A DNA stretch of 64,000 bases from the human T2T-CHM13v2.0 reference genome, Homo sapiens. The DNA is taken from NCBI RefSeq assembly GCF_009914755.1, contig NC_060935.1. One strand, given 5' to 3'. Below are positions 1 through 29,712 of the stretch, one piece after another. Position 1 is the stretch's first letter. Every line of letters starts with the position of its first letter. The notes beneath the pieces were generated by a model, which saw only the letters and a list, made by a program, of their open reading frames with translations, searched no databases and had not been told where the DNA came from. The position numbers and the translations under genes were made by a program.

Positions 1-107
1 AAGAAAAGTGCTTTTCCTTTAAACAATTATTGCTAAAATGTCCTAATTTGAGTTTCGCAACCTATACGTTATAAAATAAGGAAAGTTTTTAATTAAAAAA
101 TAATTTA

Positions 108-240
108 GGCCTGGCATGGTGGCTCATGCCTGGAATCCCAGTACTTTGGGAGGCCACTGCAGCGGGATCGCTTGAGTCCAGGAGTTCAAGACCAACCTAA
201 ACAACCCCAGTAGCAAGACCCCATCTTTATATTTTAAATA
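108..240 (+). mobile_element. Alu monomer (FLAM/AluJ-like)
   Basis: Alu left-arm consensus. Confidence 0.8.
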
Positions 241-334
241 ATAATAATATACATAGTGTACTTAATTTTATTTGTGTGTATGAGGATTTTTTTGTTTGTT
301 TTTGTACTTTCTTTAAAAAGAACCTAAAGCATGA

Positions 335-685
<351 letters not shown>

Positions 686-1312
686 TAACTTGGTGCCTAT
701 CATGCTGTTATGGATGCAAAAGTGATTTAAAATAAGCAAGATTTCAGTTGAATGCCAGACTGAATTTGAATTGATTTGATAGGCAGTAGTGAACCATTAT
801 TGGTTTCCTGAGAGAAGTGACATTTCCTAGAGAAAACAACAACTTACATTTGTGTAGCACTTCACTATTAATTAATGGAAGAACCCCAGTTAGAGCCCAG
901 ATCTTCTAAGTAGTAATACCTATTCATCAGACTTTCACTGTTTTGCCGTATTACAAGCAGCTTTTTTAAAAAAAAGGTAACTGACAATGGTGTGCATTGG
1001 AGAGAAATTAGAAACAGGCCGGTTCCAAGCTTTTAAAATAACTTAGCTTGAGATAAGGACTTGGACCAGGGAACTAGCATTGGGAGTGGAGTGGCAGAGG
1101 TAAGTCTTAGATTTCAAACAGTAAGTCTAGATGGTGACAAAATTATTCTTTAACTTGTTGGATGGATGATTGATATTTTTTCACCTTTGGGACTTTTCTG
1201 TTCCTTTTATGGCGGTATTAATGAAAAAAAATTGTTTCAAAAGTATGACTTTAAAATTATGATCCTTTATAGCTAATATTTGGGATATAAAAACTTTTAA
1301 ATATGTTTTCAG

Positions 1313-14016
<12,704 letters not shown>

Positions 14017-14665
14017 GTTTTATTTCATCAATAAGCTTCATCTCTGGAGGAAACTTTTTTAATATATGAAAGCTGTGATAAAAATGTTTCAGATGTTTAG
14101 TCAATTGTGAAATTTTTCTTAAGGCAATTTTCTTTTCTATCAGTTTGTATATTACTAAGCCCCAAGAGACATTTCCTGTGCTAGAGTCCAATATTTGAGT
14201 CTCTCGTGCAAATGAGACTATTCTTTGTGGTACAATTCCACCTATCATATGTGAAAACTGCAGTAAAAATAAACCCAGATGCTAAATCATTCCTACAAAG
14301 GTTTGACTGAAACTGTGGCAGATGTCTCATCTTCTTTATATGTTAAGCAGCATACTCTTCTGATTTTTATTGCAATCTTTTACCAAGTGGTGCACAAACT
14401 TGGTATTGATGTCTTTATTCCATTTTGAGTTTAGATTGAGAATATTTTTATTTTCTGAAGGCAGAGATATCTACTGTATAATTGCACCAAAGTACATTTG
14501 AAAGGAAGGTTTTCAATAGTGTAATACTGCAGCGATGTAGATAAAATCACAAATGTATAATGTGTTAGGTTGAATAAGGTGTGGAAAATGCTTTTCTGTT
14601 AGTAGAATGCAAAAACCTACCTAAGCCACATAATAATAAAATTCTTTTACCAACTTTTATGGGTA
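14017..14665 (+). terminator. CTR9: CTR9 3' UTR with two poly(A) signals
   Basis: AATAAA at 14268-14273 and 14635-14640; the second is followed by a GU/U-rich element (gtgtctttttttgtt, ~14671). Confidence 0.8.
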
Positions 14666-15213
14666 ACTTCGTGTCTTTTTTTGTTCGATATATTTGTGCA
14701 TGGCAGTGTAGCATAAATTATGCAAATATTTGAAAAATCCTACATTAAGCCTCAAGACTTTTATAATTCTTACAGATTCGTGGAGTGTTTATTTTAAAGA
14801 TGCAAGAAAACTAAGGTACCAGCATGTATTTTTATTTTCAGTAATTCAGTAATTAACACTAATATTTTTATGTAGTGGTTTGTAAGAGATTTAATTATGG
14901 TAGTCAACAAGTATTATTAAATGTGCTATATTAGCCATTGAGGTGAGAATGCAGAGATAAAGTTCCCTTCTTGTCTTCAAAAATTGAGTAAAGATAAATT
15001 TGTTGTTCCTGTGGTGTGAGAAATAGGGTGATGATGTTTGCACAGGTTGTGGGAGCAAAAAGGAGGTTGGAAGAAGCAGTGAAGACAAGGTTTCTTGAAG
15101 GACAGGAGTCCTGAGATGACTCAGCCTGAGCCAGGGCTCCTGCCTATACCTCAGGATCAGCCTCCCATTTCTTAGTGGAGTTGGTGTCAGCAGGAACAGG
15201 CAGCATAGATAAT

Positions 15214-15533
<320 letters not shown>

Positions 15534-16614
15534 TCATGACCCTAACCAACCATGTGACTTTGGGCAAGTTACTTCCCCTATATAGGCCACGTGCCTCATC
15601 TAAAACCATTTCTCCACTGTTAATCTTTGAAAGCCTCAATTCAATGTCACAATTAGAGAATAAGACTTGCATTGTCTTTGATGTTCATTTGGAACTAGAC
15701 CAAGCACCACAACCATAAAATTAGAGCTATTTAATTAAAAAATAAATTTTGTTGAAATTTACACAAGAAAAACCATTCTGAATCTGAAGCTTTAAACCCC
15801 TTCCCCACTGAAATTACTTAACAGTCTTTTTAAGCAGACTATCCCGTTATAGCAAGACTATATACCCAACTCAGGAATGTTGTGAGGATGATGAGTTAAG
15901 GTAGGTTAAGTGATGAATGCATTGTAAATTCCCAATAAAATTATGCATGTGATTGAATTGGCTCTGAATGTTTGGCACTGTTCGTCAAGCTTGGCTCGTT
16001 TAACCTAAGTGGGGACTAGGTCAGTTACTCTTTCACAGGTCATCCTTTAAAAAATTCTTCCTAGTTCCCTTTGAGAAAAATATTTTGAATCTCCAGGAAA
16101 TGTGACTTTCCTGGAGCTTTTAAAGTATCCCTTGTTTTGGTTCCACTAATGAACAATTTCCATCCCTGGGAGTGTCATTAGCCAAAAGAGGCAAGAAAGA
16201 CCTTTTAAAGGATAATAATATCATCTCGAACTGGAATTTGGAGCCTATGATCAGTGCAACTTTTGTCGTAGGGGTAGTTTCTGATGCTCTGGTCTTTTGG
16301 GTATGCTAGGAAGTATGGGTTGGTGGCAATGCTTCCTGTAATGGCATTATGGGCCCAGGAAAGGGTATATGCTACAGGCAAATCAAATGCGTCTAGACCT
16401 CAGTGTATCCTCCGATTTGGGGCCGGGCAAATCAGACTGCAGCTAGAGTCAGAGATTCTCACTTTGGATCAGCCTCTAATGATAGGAAGGCTGCCCTGGC
16501 TCCTAGTTTGACTCTGACACTCGATGTGACAAAATGCTTCACTTTTCAGCCTCAGTATCCCTATCTATAAAATAAGGTTGTTTATGATCCTTTTAACATT
16601 CTGGGGGCTTTCTA

Positions 16615-17890
<1,276 letters not shown>

Positions 17891-18370
17891 TCCCCTTTTG
17901 CTGTTCTTTATTCTGCTTTATGGCAGAGGTATTTTGATAACATTTTTTCATTTTTAAAACAGTGAGTTTTGGAAAATATCTCAATTTTTGTGCATATGCC
18001 TTGATATAGCTGATCAATTCTGGATTGCCACTACTCTAACACTCTGAGGGCAAGTATATTTGTTCATGAAGTCCACAGCTAAATAGTGAAGAGAACACTT
18101 ATTAGCAAGGCATGTGGGGCTGGCTTTTCAGGTATCTTCTGCAGAAGTCACTCAAGTTGTGAATTTACCTTCTTTTTAATTCTGTCTCCTAAACAGACCT
18201 CGATCCAGTGGGTTCCCCAGAGTGTTTTCCAGGACATGCTAGTTCCAAAAGATACTCCTTAAAAAAGAGTTCGATAGTCAAGTAAGTTATGAAAATGCTA
18301 TAGCAATTAGGAAGTTTTGGTGACAATTCACAGAAAACTCTGTTTCAAACTGATTTAGCAAGAAGGAAAG

Positions 18371-18666
18371 ACTGGGCACAGTGGCTCACGCCTGTAATCC
18401 CAGCACTTTGGGAGGCTGAAGCAGGTGGATCACCTGATCTCAGGAGTTCGAGACCAGCCTGGCCAACATGGTGAAACTCCATCTCTACTAAAAATACAAA
18501 AATTAGCAGGGCGTGGTGGCACACCCCTGTAATCCCAGCTACTCGGGAGGCTGAGGCATGAGAATCACTTGAACCCAGGGGACAGGTTGCAATGAGCCGA
18601 GATTGCACCACTGTTCTCTACCCTGGGCAACAGAGTGAGATTCTGTCTCAAAAAAAAAAAAAAAAA
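18371..18666 (+). mobile_element. Alu
   Basis: Dimer with A-tail. Confidence 0.92.
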
Positions 18667-20719
18667 GGAAAGATAATTGTATCCTATAACTGGACATCTG
18701 GGGGGATTGCCGAAAGGAAGCTACAGTTCAATCAGAAGTTTCAGTATTATGAAAGACTCAGTTTTATTCATTCTTTTTATCATGCATATAGAAGAGTATA
18801 TGATGTGATAAATACAAACTAATACCTCTATATCCCTTCTAGAGCCCTTTCCTGTGTGCCTCTTGTGTGCCCTTTCCCAGTTGCACCCCTCTCCTTTCCC
18901 ATATATGCTATGTTCGAGCAAAGTGTTTAAACCTGTCTGGGAGTTTAGCCCCTTCTGAGGATGTAGGTCATAATTTGAACATTGCTATCATTGTGCTTTA
19001 CCGTAGAAAGTGAGGTGTCAGGCTCCTTGCCTCTGCCCTGCGTGACCCCTTAGTGTTGATTGAAATGATCTATTTATCCCCACCAGACCATGAACTTGAG
19101 GACAGAGCTTATAGTGTTTCCATCTATTTCCAGGGGCCAATCATAAAGCCTGGCAAGAAGTAGATGCTAATTTATATTTTGAATATAAATTTAAAACTGA
19201 ATTAACTAAACATGGAGGTTGTGGCAAGGATTGGACTCTGCTCTGAGGCCTCTGCAGCTCCATCCTGCTCTTCTAGAATGTGTTTTAGCAAATGCATTTT
19301 GTGGGAGTCAGGTTTCCACTTGAACTCAGTGGTAGCATGTGGCATAAGTCCAGGTCCCCTTCACAAACGCAGCCACAGCAGATGCACTGCCAGACTCTCC
19401 ACGTGGCTGGAAATGGTCAGGCTGCTGTTTCTTACAAACTGTCCTTATGCCCACCAGCTTTTCTTCTCATATTGACAATTGTGAAGGCATTGAATGTCCG
19501 TCAAACTACTCAAAGATCACTACTCTTGAGCATAATCTCAATAAATGAACATGTAGGTTTGTCTTTAGTCCCAGACAGGGTGGAATGTCTGTGATATTAT
19601 CTTCTCCAGAGGGGGATCAATGCCAAAACCTTTGTTCTCTTCTGAACTGCTTTGTTCTTTGAAACAATACTGTTTTGATCTCCCATGGGAGCTGCTGCTC
19701 CGATTTCCTTAACTGAAAAGAAGTGGCGACTTCAATTCCTGCCTTAGCCCGCTGCGGATTGTCCTGGTCTGCGTGTGTGTGCCTGTGCCTAGGTGCAGAC
19801 ACGCTCCTTACTTATCTCACTTCCTGCTGCTTCCAGCTTGGAGTGGCAGCTAAAGCAATTAGGCCAAGGAGGTGGGAGAAGGGAGCATCAATATATTCCT
19901 TGGCCAGAAGCAACTGTGAGGGGCAAACGCTGGGGCTAGTTTCATGGATTTAAAACCTTGCTTCCACAGCCTGCAACCTTCTTGTTGGTTCTAGCTGAAC
20001 TCTGGCATGGGAACCATGCACCTCCTTCTTTTTCATGGTTTATAGAAATTTCAGAACTCGGGTTCCCACCCTTTTGATCCTCCAGGAAGCCTCGGGACCC
20101 TCCCTTCTGGAATCTCACATTGCAAACAGCTGATCTTGTTCTAAACCCCTATTCAAGGCAGCTCGGAAGTTCTCAGTAGTCACATGAGCTGACGGTGTGC
20201 TCCCCTTGACAGCTGTGGTGTGGCTGGTAGGTCCTTGTCCCTGTGGCAGGGATGACAAATGCCTTATAGTTATTTGACTCTAGGCAATGGGGTTGGAGCA
20301 TGAGGAAAGGGTTGGCCTTTGCAAAGAGCTGAGTCCCTTCATCCACAAAAAAGGAAATCATGTGTCAGTGCAATTATTAGCAAGTCAGTAGCTTAGATGG
20401 TAGGAAGATTTAGGGGATGGAGTTGCTTCTCAATGAGGTAGAAGCTGAGGCCCAGAGTCACCGTGGCTGGGAAGGCAGTACAGTCCTTGGTGGTCAGCAA
20501 TGGGGCCTGGGCGGATTAGGGTGGATATCAGGGCTCATCAGATTTTAATGGGCTAATCACCTACAGATTCTGATTCAGTGGGTCAGGAGTGAGACCAGAC
20601 ATTCTGCAGTTCTAACCGGCTTTCAGGTGAAACGAATCCAAAGACTACACTTTGAGCCCGGGAGGTTGTATAGCATTACAAATGTGCCCTTTCTGGGAGA
20701 ACACCCTCAACTTTTCTTT

Positions 20720-21300
20720 CCTTGAGGCTTAAAAGCCTGACAAAGCAATTTCAGCAGGTAGGGGTGGGGTGTGGAGAAGCGGATATTACCAGGGGCAGGA
20801 GGAATGAGTGAGAGGAGGCTCAGGGAGGAGACGATGTGAAACAGCTCTTGTGAAGAGTGGGCAGGTGAGCACACCGGGGAGGTGGTGAGGTCCGACGGCA
20901 CAAATTTTAAAGGACCTGGGCCTTCAGAAGAAAGAGGTGGACAGAAAGCAGAGTGGACACTGGCCACGCCAAGGCCACTGGGCATGAGACGCAAGGCAGC
21001 AGGGGAAGTGATGATGTCACAGGACAGCCAGGTTTCCTTTAGAGCAAGAAGATGACAGAACTGTCCAGAGAAGATATTGAGGATGTGGGAAATTTGCTGC
21101 TGATAGACCGTGAGGCCCAGAGGGTGTGGAGGAAGGGTTGGGGAGCGGGGAGAGGGGAGGAGAGGGAGGGAGAATGGGGGCACATTAGCAGGTGTATGGA
21201 GAAGTTCAGCGTGAGGTCCAGGTCCATACTGGGGCCCTTGGACTTCCCGTGGGCGAGGCAGGGCTGAAGCAGGCTGGGAAAACAGGTAACCAGTTCCAAC
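20720..21300 (-). mobile_element. L2 LINE 5' ORF2 (endonuclease) relic
   Basis: ORF 20707-21339(-) contains ISHILNIFSGQFCHLLALKETWLSCDIITSPAAL, resembling the L2/CR1 APE motif LLALTETWL. Confidence 0.65.
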
Positions 21301-21619
21301 TGCACAGAGTAGGGCCTTTGGGGATGCTCTTTCCTGCACTCGGGTGATGCACTGATCCTGTTTTTGGAGGCATGAGGGAGGGGCAGTAGAACTTCAGGAG
21401 AGGCGTCACTCCTGGGACAGGAAGCTGGGGTGCCCCACTCCAGGGCCCAGGTGTCTCAGCCATGGAGTGGAAGCCCCATGCACGCGACCTTGTCTCTCCA
21501 GGGCATGTTGTTATGGATGCTGCCTTTTTAGAGCAATGTGGTCAGACAATGCTGTCCCCACGCACTGGTGACTTGGTGGTTACAGCTCAGCATTTCCAAA
21601 GATAAAGCAATAGTTGTGG

Positions 21620-21937
<318 letters not shown>

Positions 21938-21967
21938 TGAGCTTCAAATATCATAGATGCCTGAGTA

Positions 21968-22900
21968 TAAGGTGTCCTGAATATAACGTGACCCCATGCC
22001 CACTGTAAAGGTTCTCTGTCTGCCCAAAAGATTTTTCACTAACTTAAACTTACAAACTTTGGGGATGTAGATGAAATAGTTCAATGTCTACTAATAATAC
22101 TTATTAAATTTAAAATGTGTTTAAATCACACATTCATAAAATGTTGAGAACAAGTGCTTTCCTCCATTCATATTCCATACAATAATTTCACTCAAATTTA
22201 TCACAGAATCTTTGTCCATTGTACTTGAGCCACTTTCGGAATCATCTAACAGTTTTCAGGAGAACGTTGCCTTCCCACCCATCGTGTTGTTTGAGGTCCA
22301 GGCTTGAGAGTCCATGGCCCTGTGGCTGAATGTGTTGTCCTGAGCTGCCAGCACTCCTCTGCATCGCATTAGAACAACAACTGGCCTTCCCATTTGTCCC
22401 GTAGGTGGCTTTTCCCATCTTCATTTGATGTACTGCTCTTTCTTTTTTGTGTGAGAGAGGTTCTCGCTCTGTCAGCCAGGCTGGGGTGCAATAGTCAGAT
22501 CATTGCTTACTGCAGCTTCGACCTCCTGGGCTCAAGCAATCCTCCTGCCTCCCCTCCCTACCAGCTAGGACTACAGGAATACAGCATTGTGCCTGGCTAA
22601 TTTTTAAAATTTTTGGAGAGACAGGGTCTCACCGTGTTGCCCAGGCTGGTCTCAAACCCCTGGCTTCAAGTGATCTCCTGCCTCAGCCTCCCAAAGCAGT
22701 GAGATTTCAGGCTTGAGCCACTGTGCCCAGGCTAATGTACCACTTTTTAAAGCAATCTTTAAAATGCTTGTTTATAACTTTTGCAAACTCTTGAGATTTT
22801 ACAACCGTGTCCCCAGGAATAACAATTAAGTCTGTATTCAATTTCTTTGACACCAAGCCTCTCGAAGGCCTCCATAAACATCAAAAACTAGCTATTGATT
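21968..22900 (-). mobile_element. TcMar (pogo/Tc2, Kanga-like) DNA transposon relic with DDE transposase fragment, split by an Alu
   Basis: Minus strand 22737-22848 reads KKLNTDLIVIPGDTVVKSQEFAKVINKHFKDCFKKWY (DDE_1-like IPG..Q....NK.FK); Tc2-like terminus gtcctgaatataacgtgacccc at ~21974. Confidence 0.65.
22440..22733 (-). mobile_element. Alu (J-like) inserted in the DNA-transposon relic
   Basis: Dimer; TSD-like atgtac..ctt on both sides. Confidence 0.88.
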
Positions 22901-23077
22901 GGGATCACTTCAGGTTAATGTGTCATCCCCAAACTGTAGATTATTGTCCAAACAAATGTAATTGACAGGGCCTCATGTAATTGGAAATTGTCAGGCAATT
23001 ATCGTGTGTCAATTAAAAGTAATAAAAGTAAAAAACATAAACAAAACTAACAACACATGTATAAGATATGTATTCTA

Positions 23078-23873
<796 letters not shown>

Positions 23874-24523
23874 ACCTGCAGGTATTTATAGTTTGCCACA
23901 TTTTGTTTTATTTTCCCCATCTTTGGAAATCAGCTCCAATTTTGACTGCCGTGTAATAGAAAACATGCGGACTTTAGAGTTATTCGAACTCTAAATCCTA
24001 GCTCTTCCTCTGACAAATGATGTGACTTTGAACAATGGCTCCATCCCCCTCAGCTTCAATTTCCTACTGTTTAAATTGGGATAACAATGTCTACATCCCA
24101 GGACTATTCTGAGAATAATATAGTCAGAGTTCAAAAAGGTTAGTCTTTTTTTCCCACTGATTTTTTAAAGAGCTTTTTGTGGTTAACCCTTGATTGTGCA
24201 CATGCAAATATTTTAATTTATCCTTTATAACATTTTGGGACAAACAGATTAATAGGCAAATCTGTCAACATTTCCCTTCATCGTTTCTGGATATGTATAT
24301 TTTTTTCACAAAGAGATAGATGTTCCATGAAGTTAAAGCTTAGGCATCAGGGTCCCTCACTTGCCTGGGCCTCTTCCAAGGCTGCACCTAATTTTTCATT
24401 TGTGATTTTGTTTTCTTTTTCCTAAAGAGACCTCCACCACCCCTGCCAAATTATGTAAACTTCAGGCCCTACAGAATCTGGAACTTTCCCGAGTAACGTG
24501 CTTAGAAAAGTCACGTCACCCTA

Positions 24524-24850
<327 letters not shown>

Positions 24851-25167
24851 AAGTCACCTCACCCCAAATTATGAAAAATTTTAATAGGCTTAGCTTTATA
24901 TCTTTTCTTTTGGCTTATTTTCTAATTTTTTAGTACTAAAGTAGATTACTAATTTTCTTCAAAGAATTTTTCTCAGAACAAAATAGAGCTCCACTGCTCA
25001 TTCATTCACTCATTTTATTTACTGGTTCGTCCAAGCTCTTCCCTCACCTTTCTGTACCTAGCTGAGTTGTGAAGCAGCTGGTGGGTTCAGGGGAGGAGAG
25101 AGGAAGGGACAGAGCTAGAGGGCACGGTGGCCCTGGATGGAAGTGATGGTACTGGGGTTGGGGGCAA

Positions 25168-25604
25168 TGTATTAGTTTCTAGGACTACCGTAATGAAGTA
25201 GCACAAACAGGGTGTCTTGAACAACAAAAACATATTCTCTCATTGTTCTGGAGACTAGAAGTCCAAAATCAAGGTGTCAGCAGGGCATGGGAAGGCTCTA
25301 GAGAGAATCTGTCCATGTCTCTCTCCTAGCTGCTAGCATTGCTGGCAAACCTTCGCAGTCCTTGGCTTGTAGAGACGTCACTCCAATCTCTGCCCCTGTC
25401 ATCAAATGGCACTCACCCTGCATGTCTGTGTGCCACTTCTCTTATTATAAGGACACCATTATATCAGATTAGGGCCTCCTCTAATGACTTGCTTACATCT
25501 GCAAAGACCCTATTTCCAAATAGGAAGATCACATTCACTGGTACCTGGAGTTAGGACATCAGCATATATCTTTGGGGGCTGGGGACATAATTCAACCCAT
25601 GACA
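25168..25604. mobile_element. MaLR solo LTR (MLT1-type)
   Basis: tgtattagtttctaggactaccgtaa..aagtccaaaatcaaggtgtcagcaggg..ggggacataattcaacccatgaca. Confidence 0.8.
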
Positions 25605-25891
25605 GAAGGATTAGGGGGCTGATTCTTCCTCACCTCCGGTCCTACACCCCAACCCTCAGAAGCACCTGCCCCTCCCTACACTCATTCCGCCCTGGTTACA
25701 CTTCCAAGCATGAGGAGCTCATTGCCTCTGCAAAGGGTCCTTTACTTTCTCTCTTCAGTTTCTGTCCCCTACCCCAACATGCATTTTGGTGTATCTGGTA
25801 TGAGCACCGGCTCCTGAGTTACAGTGTAGGGCTTGAATCACCACCCCATGACTTAATAGATGTGTGGCCCAGTACTTCAAAAGAGCATGCA

Positions 25892-26281
25892 TGATATGAT
25901 GTGGCTCTGTGTCCTCACCCAAATCTCATGTCATCTCAAATTGTAATCCCCATAATCCCCATGTGTCAAGGGAGGGACCTGGTGGGAGGTGATTCGATCT
26001 TGGGGGCGGTCTCCCCCATGCTGTTCTCATGATAGTGAGGGAGTTCTCACAAGGAGATCTGATGGTTTTATAAGTGCTTGACAGTTCCTCCTTCACACTC
26101 TCTCTCTCGTTGCCTTGTGAGGAAGGCGCCTACTTGCCCTTCACTTTCTCCCGTGATTGCAAGTTTCCTGAATTCTCCCCAAACATGTGGAACTGTAAGT
26201 CAATTAAACCTCTTTTTTTTTTTTAATAAATTACCAAGTCTCAGGTATTTCTTTATAGCAGTGTGAAAACAGCCTAATACA
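25892..26281 (+). mobile_element. MaLR solo LTR (MST/THE1-type) with 5-bp TSD
   Basis: TG..CA termini (tgatatg..ctaataca) flanked by ATGCA at 25887-25891 and 26282-26286. Confidence 0.88.
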
Positions 26282-27149
26282 ATGCAGAAAAGGCGTTCAT
26301 AGCTACTTGCCAAATACATGAAAGATCTTGGGCAGGTGCTTTGCTTCTCTGAGCCTCAGTTTGGGGCTCAGACATGGGGATAGTGAAGGGGGATAGTGAA
26401 GCACCTGCCTCAAGGATGTTGGGATGATTACAAGGGATGACTACCTTGATGCATTTGGTCCAGCCTGGCATATGCTAACTCCTCGGCAAACATTAGCTAC
26501 AATAATCATAATATGTCCTAGCAGAGCTCGGGATGCAGTGCAGGCACTGCACTGGTCTTAATGAGGGATTGATATTAACAAATGATAAAAAGCAATCCTC
26601 CAAAGGCAGCCCATCTCACTCAGCATAAAAGCCAAAGTCCTTACTGGGTCTGACTAGTTCTCTGCACTGGCCGGCGCCCTTCTCCTCAGCCTCAAACCCC
26701 CTTGCCCTCTGCTTGGCCAGATTGTTCCTCAGACAGGCCAGGTGCGTTCCCAATCTCAGGGCCTCCAGCTTGGCCTCCCCTCTGCCAGGAATGCTGTTCC
26801 TCCAGATGGCTGTGGAGTTCACCCCCTGGCATCTCTTAGATCTTTGCTCAAAGGCCACCTCCTCCTGAGGCCATCCCAGAACCCCCTCTTTCAAGCAGCA
26901 CTCACTCCACTCCCTAGCCCTTACTGGCATCCCTGCATACAGCACTTTTTACTGCCTGGCACTGTACGTTTGTGGATTTACTGTCTCTCTGCTATCACCC
27001 AGAACGTTGCTTCCAGAAGAAGACTGTCTCATTACTGTTACATCTCTGGCCCTGGAGTAGCCCCTGGCAAATATGTACTCAGTACATGTTTGCGAGACGC
27101 ATGGACTTGTAGAACAGTTCCACAGCTGTCCATCACTGATGTTCCATAC

Positions 27150-27730
27150 CTAGCGATGCGGCCCCTCGAAACGCACTGGAGAGCTGGGCAGACCAAGGAT
27201 AATTTCACAGGTAAGTCAGATAGAGCCTGGGGAGGTGCAGCGATTGGCCTAGGCTCCGAGACTGATGACCCGGGAAGCTGGGGCCTGCGCTCTGCTCTGT
27301 GGCTCGGCATGCTGTGCAGCTGACCTGAGCAGCTCTTGAGGAGTCACTGCTCATTTACCAGTCACATCGTCGTGTCATGCACCGTTGACAGGAGACCAAG
27401 CCCAGGGCAACATTCTCACTTCCCCCTCTCCATGAGCGTGACCAGTGGGTCTCGGTCTTGCCTCCGCGTGGGCCGTACAGGACAAGGGCCAGAGCCTTGC
27501 AACCCGACCCACCTGCCAGGGGTGGTCTCCCAGCATCCCGGCAGAGGGCGCTGTGGGACAGCGTTGCTGATCGGTCGGGGACCTGGGTCCAGCTCAGCCT
27601 CCTGCGCTCCCCCTGGGTCAGGACGGGCAAGGGCAGGGCTGCGGGGCGGGGCAGGGCAGGCTGTGGGACTTGAATGTCCTGTGTCCGCTACTCTCTGCCC
27701 TGTGCTCAGGTGTCTCCTCGTCCAGGGCTC
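27150..27730. promoter_or_regulatory. Intergenic GC/CpG-enriched element with CTCF motif and GC box
   Basis: CCGGCAGAGGGCGCT at 27538-27552; GGGGCGGGGC at ~27643; local CpG excess outside Alus. Confidence 0.55.
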
Positions 27731-28359
27731 TTGCATATTCTTGTAGGACTTTGCTTGGAAAATTGTCTAGTGAGAAAGTGATTCGTTTTTGGTTTGCATG
27801 AGGCTATGGTTGCAGAGTTAGAAAGGGAGGGAGTGTTGGTTTGCGGCAAAAAGTTTAGGGATGAATATTGAGTTTGAAGTGCTGTGGCACATTCAGAAAT
27901 ATGTCCAGGGGCTGGTTGGATGTGCGAGTTAGACATTCTGGAAAGGGGTTTGGACTCAAGATACAGATGTCATCAGCAGATAGCTGGTAATCGGATCCAC
28001 AGAAGTGAGTGACAGTGTTGAAGGAGGGAGGCAAAACAGCAACATTCAGGGGCCAGGTGAAAAAAGAGGGCTTTTAAAGGAGACTGAGGAGAAGCTGGGA
28101 GAAAAACAAAGTGGGAAAGAGGAAAGTCAACTGGCAAGTGCTTTTGATTGATCAAATAAGACTGAGCTATACCCTTTAGTTATATCTAGCCAATGATCTT
28201 GTTAGTTCAGAAGATGGAAGCAGTTCTCCTGGGGAGGAATCTTAGAAAGGAGGGTGACATTCATATCTATTGGGCTGCTATGTGGGATGCTCTCCCTAGT
28301 GACTTTTACATATTAGCTTGTTTAGCTCTCATGACAATCCTTAAGTATTAACCCTGTTT

Positions 28360-28760
<401 letters not shown>

Positions 28761-29234
28761 ATTTTCTAAAATAATTTCTAAAATAATCAAGACTCAGATA
28801 AAAAATATCTTACCTAAGATCACCCTGCTTGTGTTAGAGATTAACCCTAGATCGATCTACAACTCGAGTCTGAGGTCTTCCCACTACTTCCTTCCTCTAT
28901 GTCCACATCCTGCCATGTAGGGTAATTTTATTAATTCATGATTTGGTTGAACAAATATTTGAGTTTACCGGGCACTGGGCACTGTTCTAGATGCTGGGAA
29001 TACAGCAGTGAAAAAAACTGTCAAATACTTCATGCTCTTCACATTCTAGCAGGAATCAGATATAACCATGCAGTATGTCATGTAATGAGACATGGAGATA
29101 CAAAAAGGAAAGAGGGATGAGGATGTGTTTAGAGTTTTTAAATATATATGTGAATTTCTTTCCTGCCCCTTAAGATCTGCAGGAGGTTATCAGAATTGAC
29201 AATGAGGACTTTACTAATAAAAGTGACATTTGAA

Positions 29235-29712
<478 letters not shown>

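Noticed and set aside
27547-27570. Full REST/RE1 site
   Set aside because: Only degenerate half-sites with non-canonical spacing; CTCF explains the sequence better
26742-27746. 193-aa and 136-aa ORFs in the intergenic GC-rich patch
   Set aside because: Partly L2-like and GC-rich, non-ATG starts, no recognisable homology
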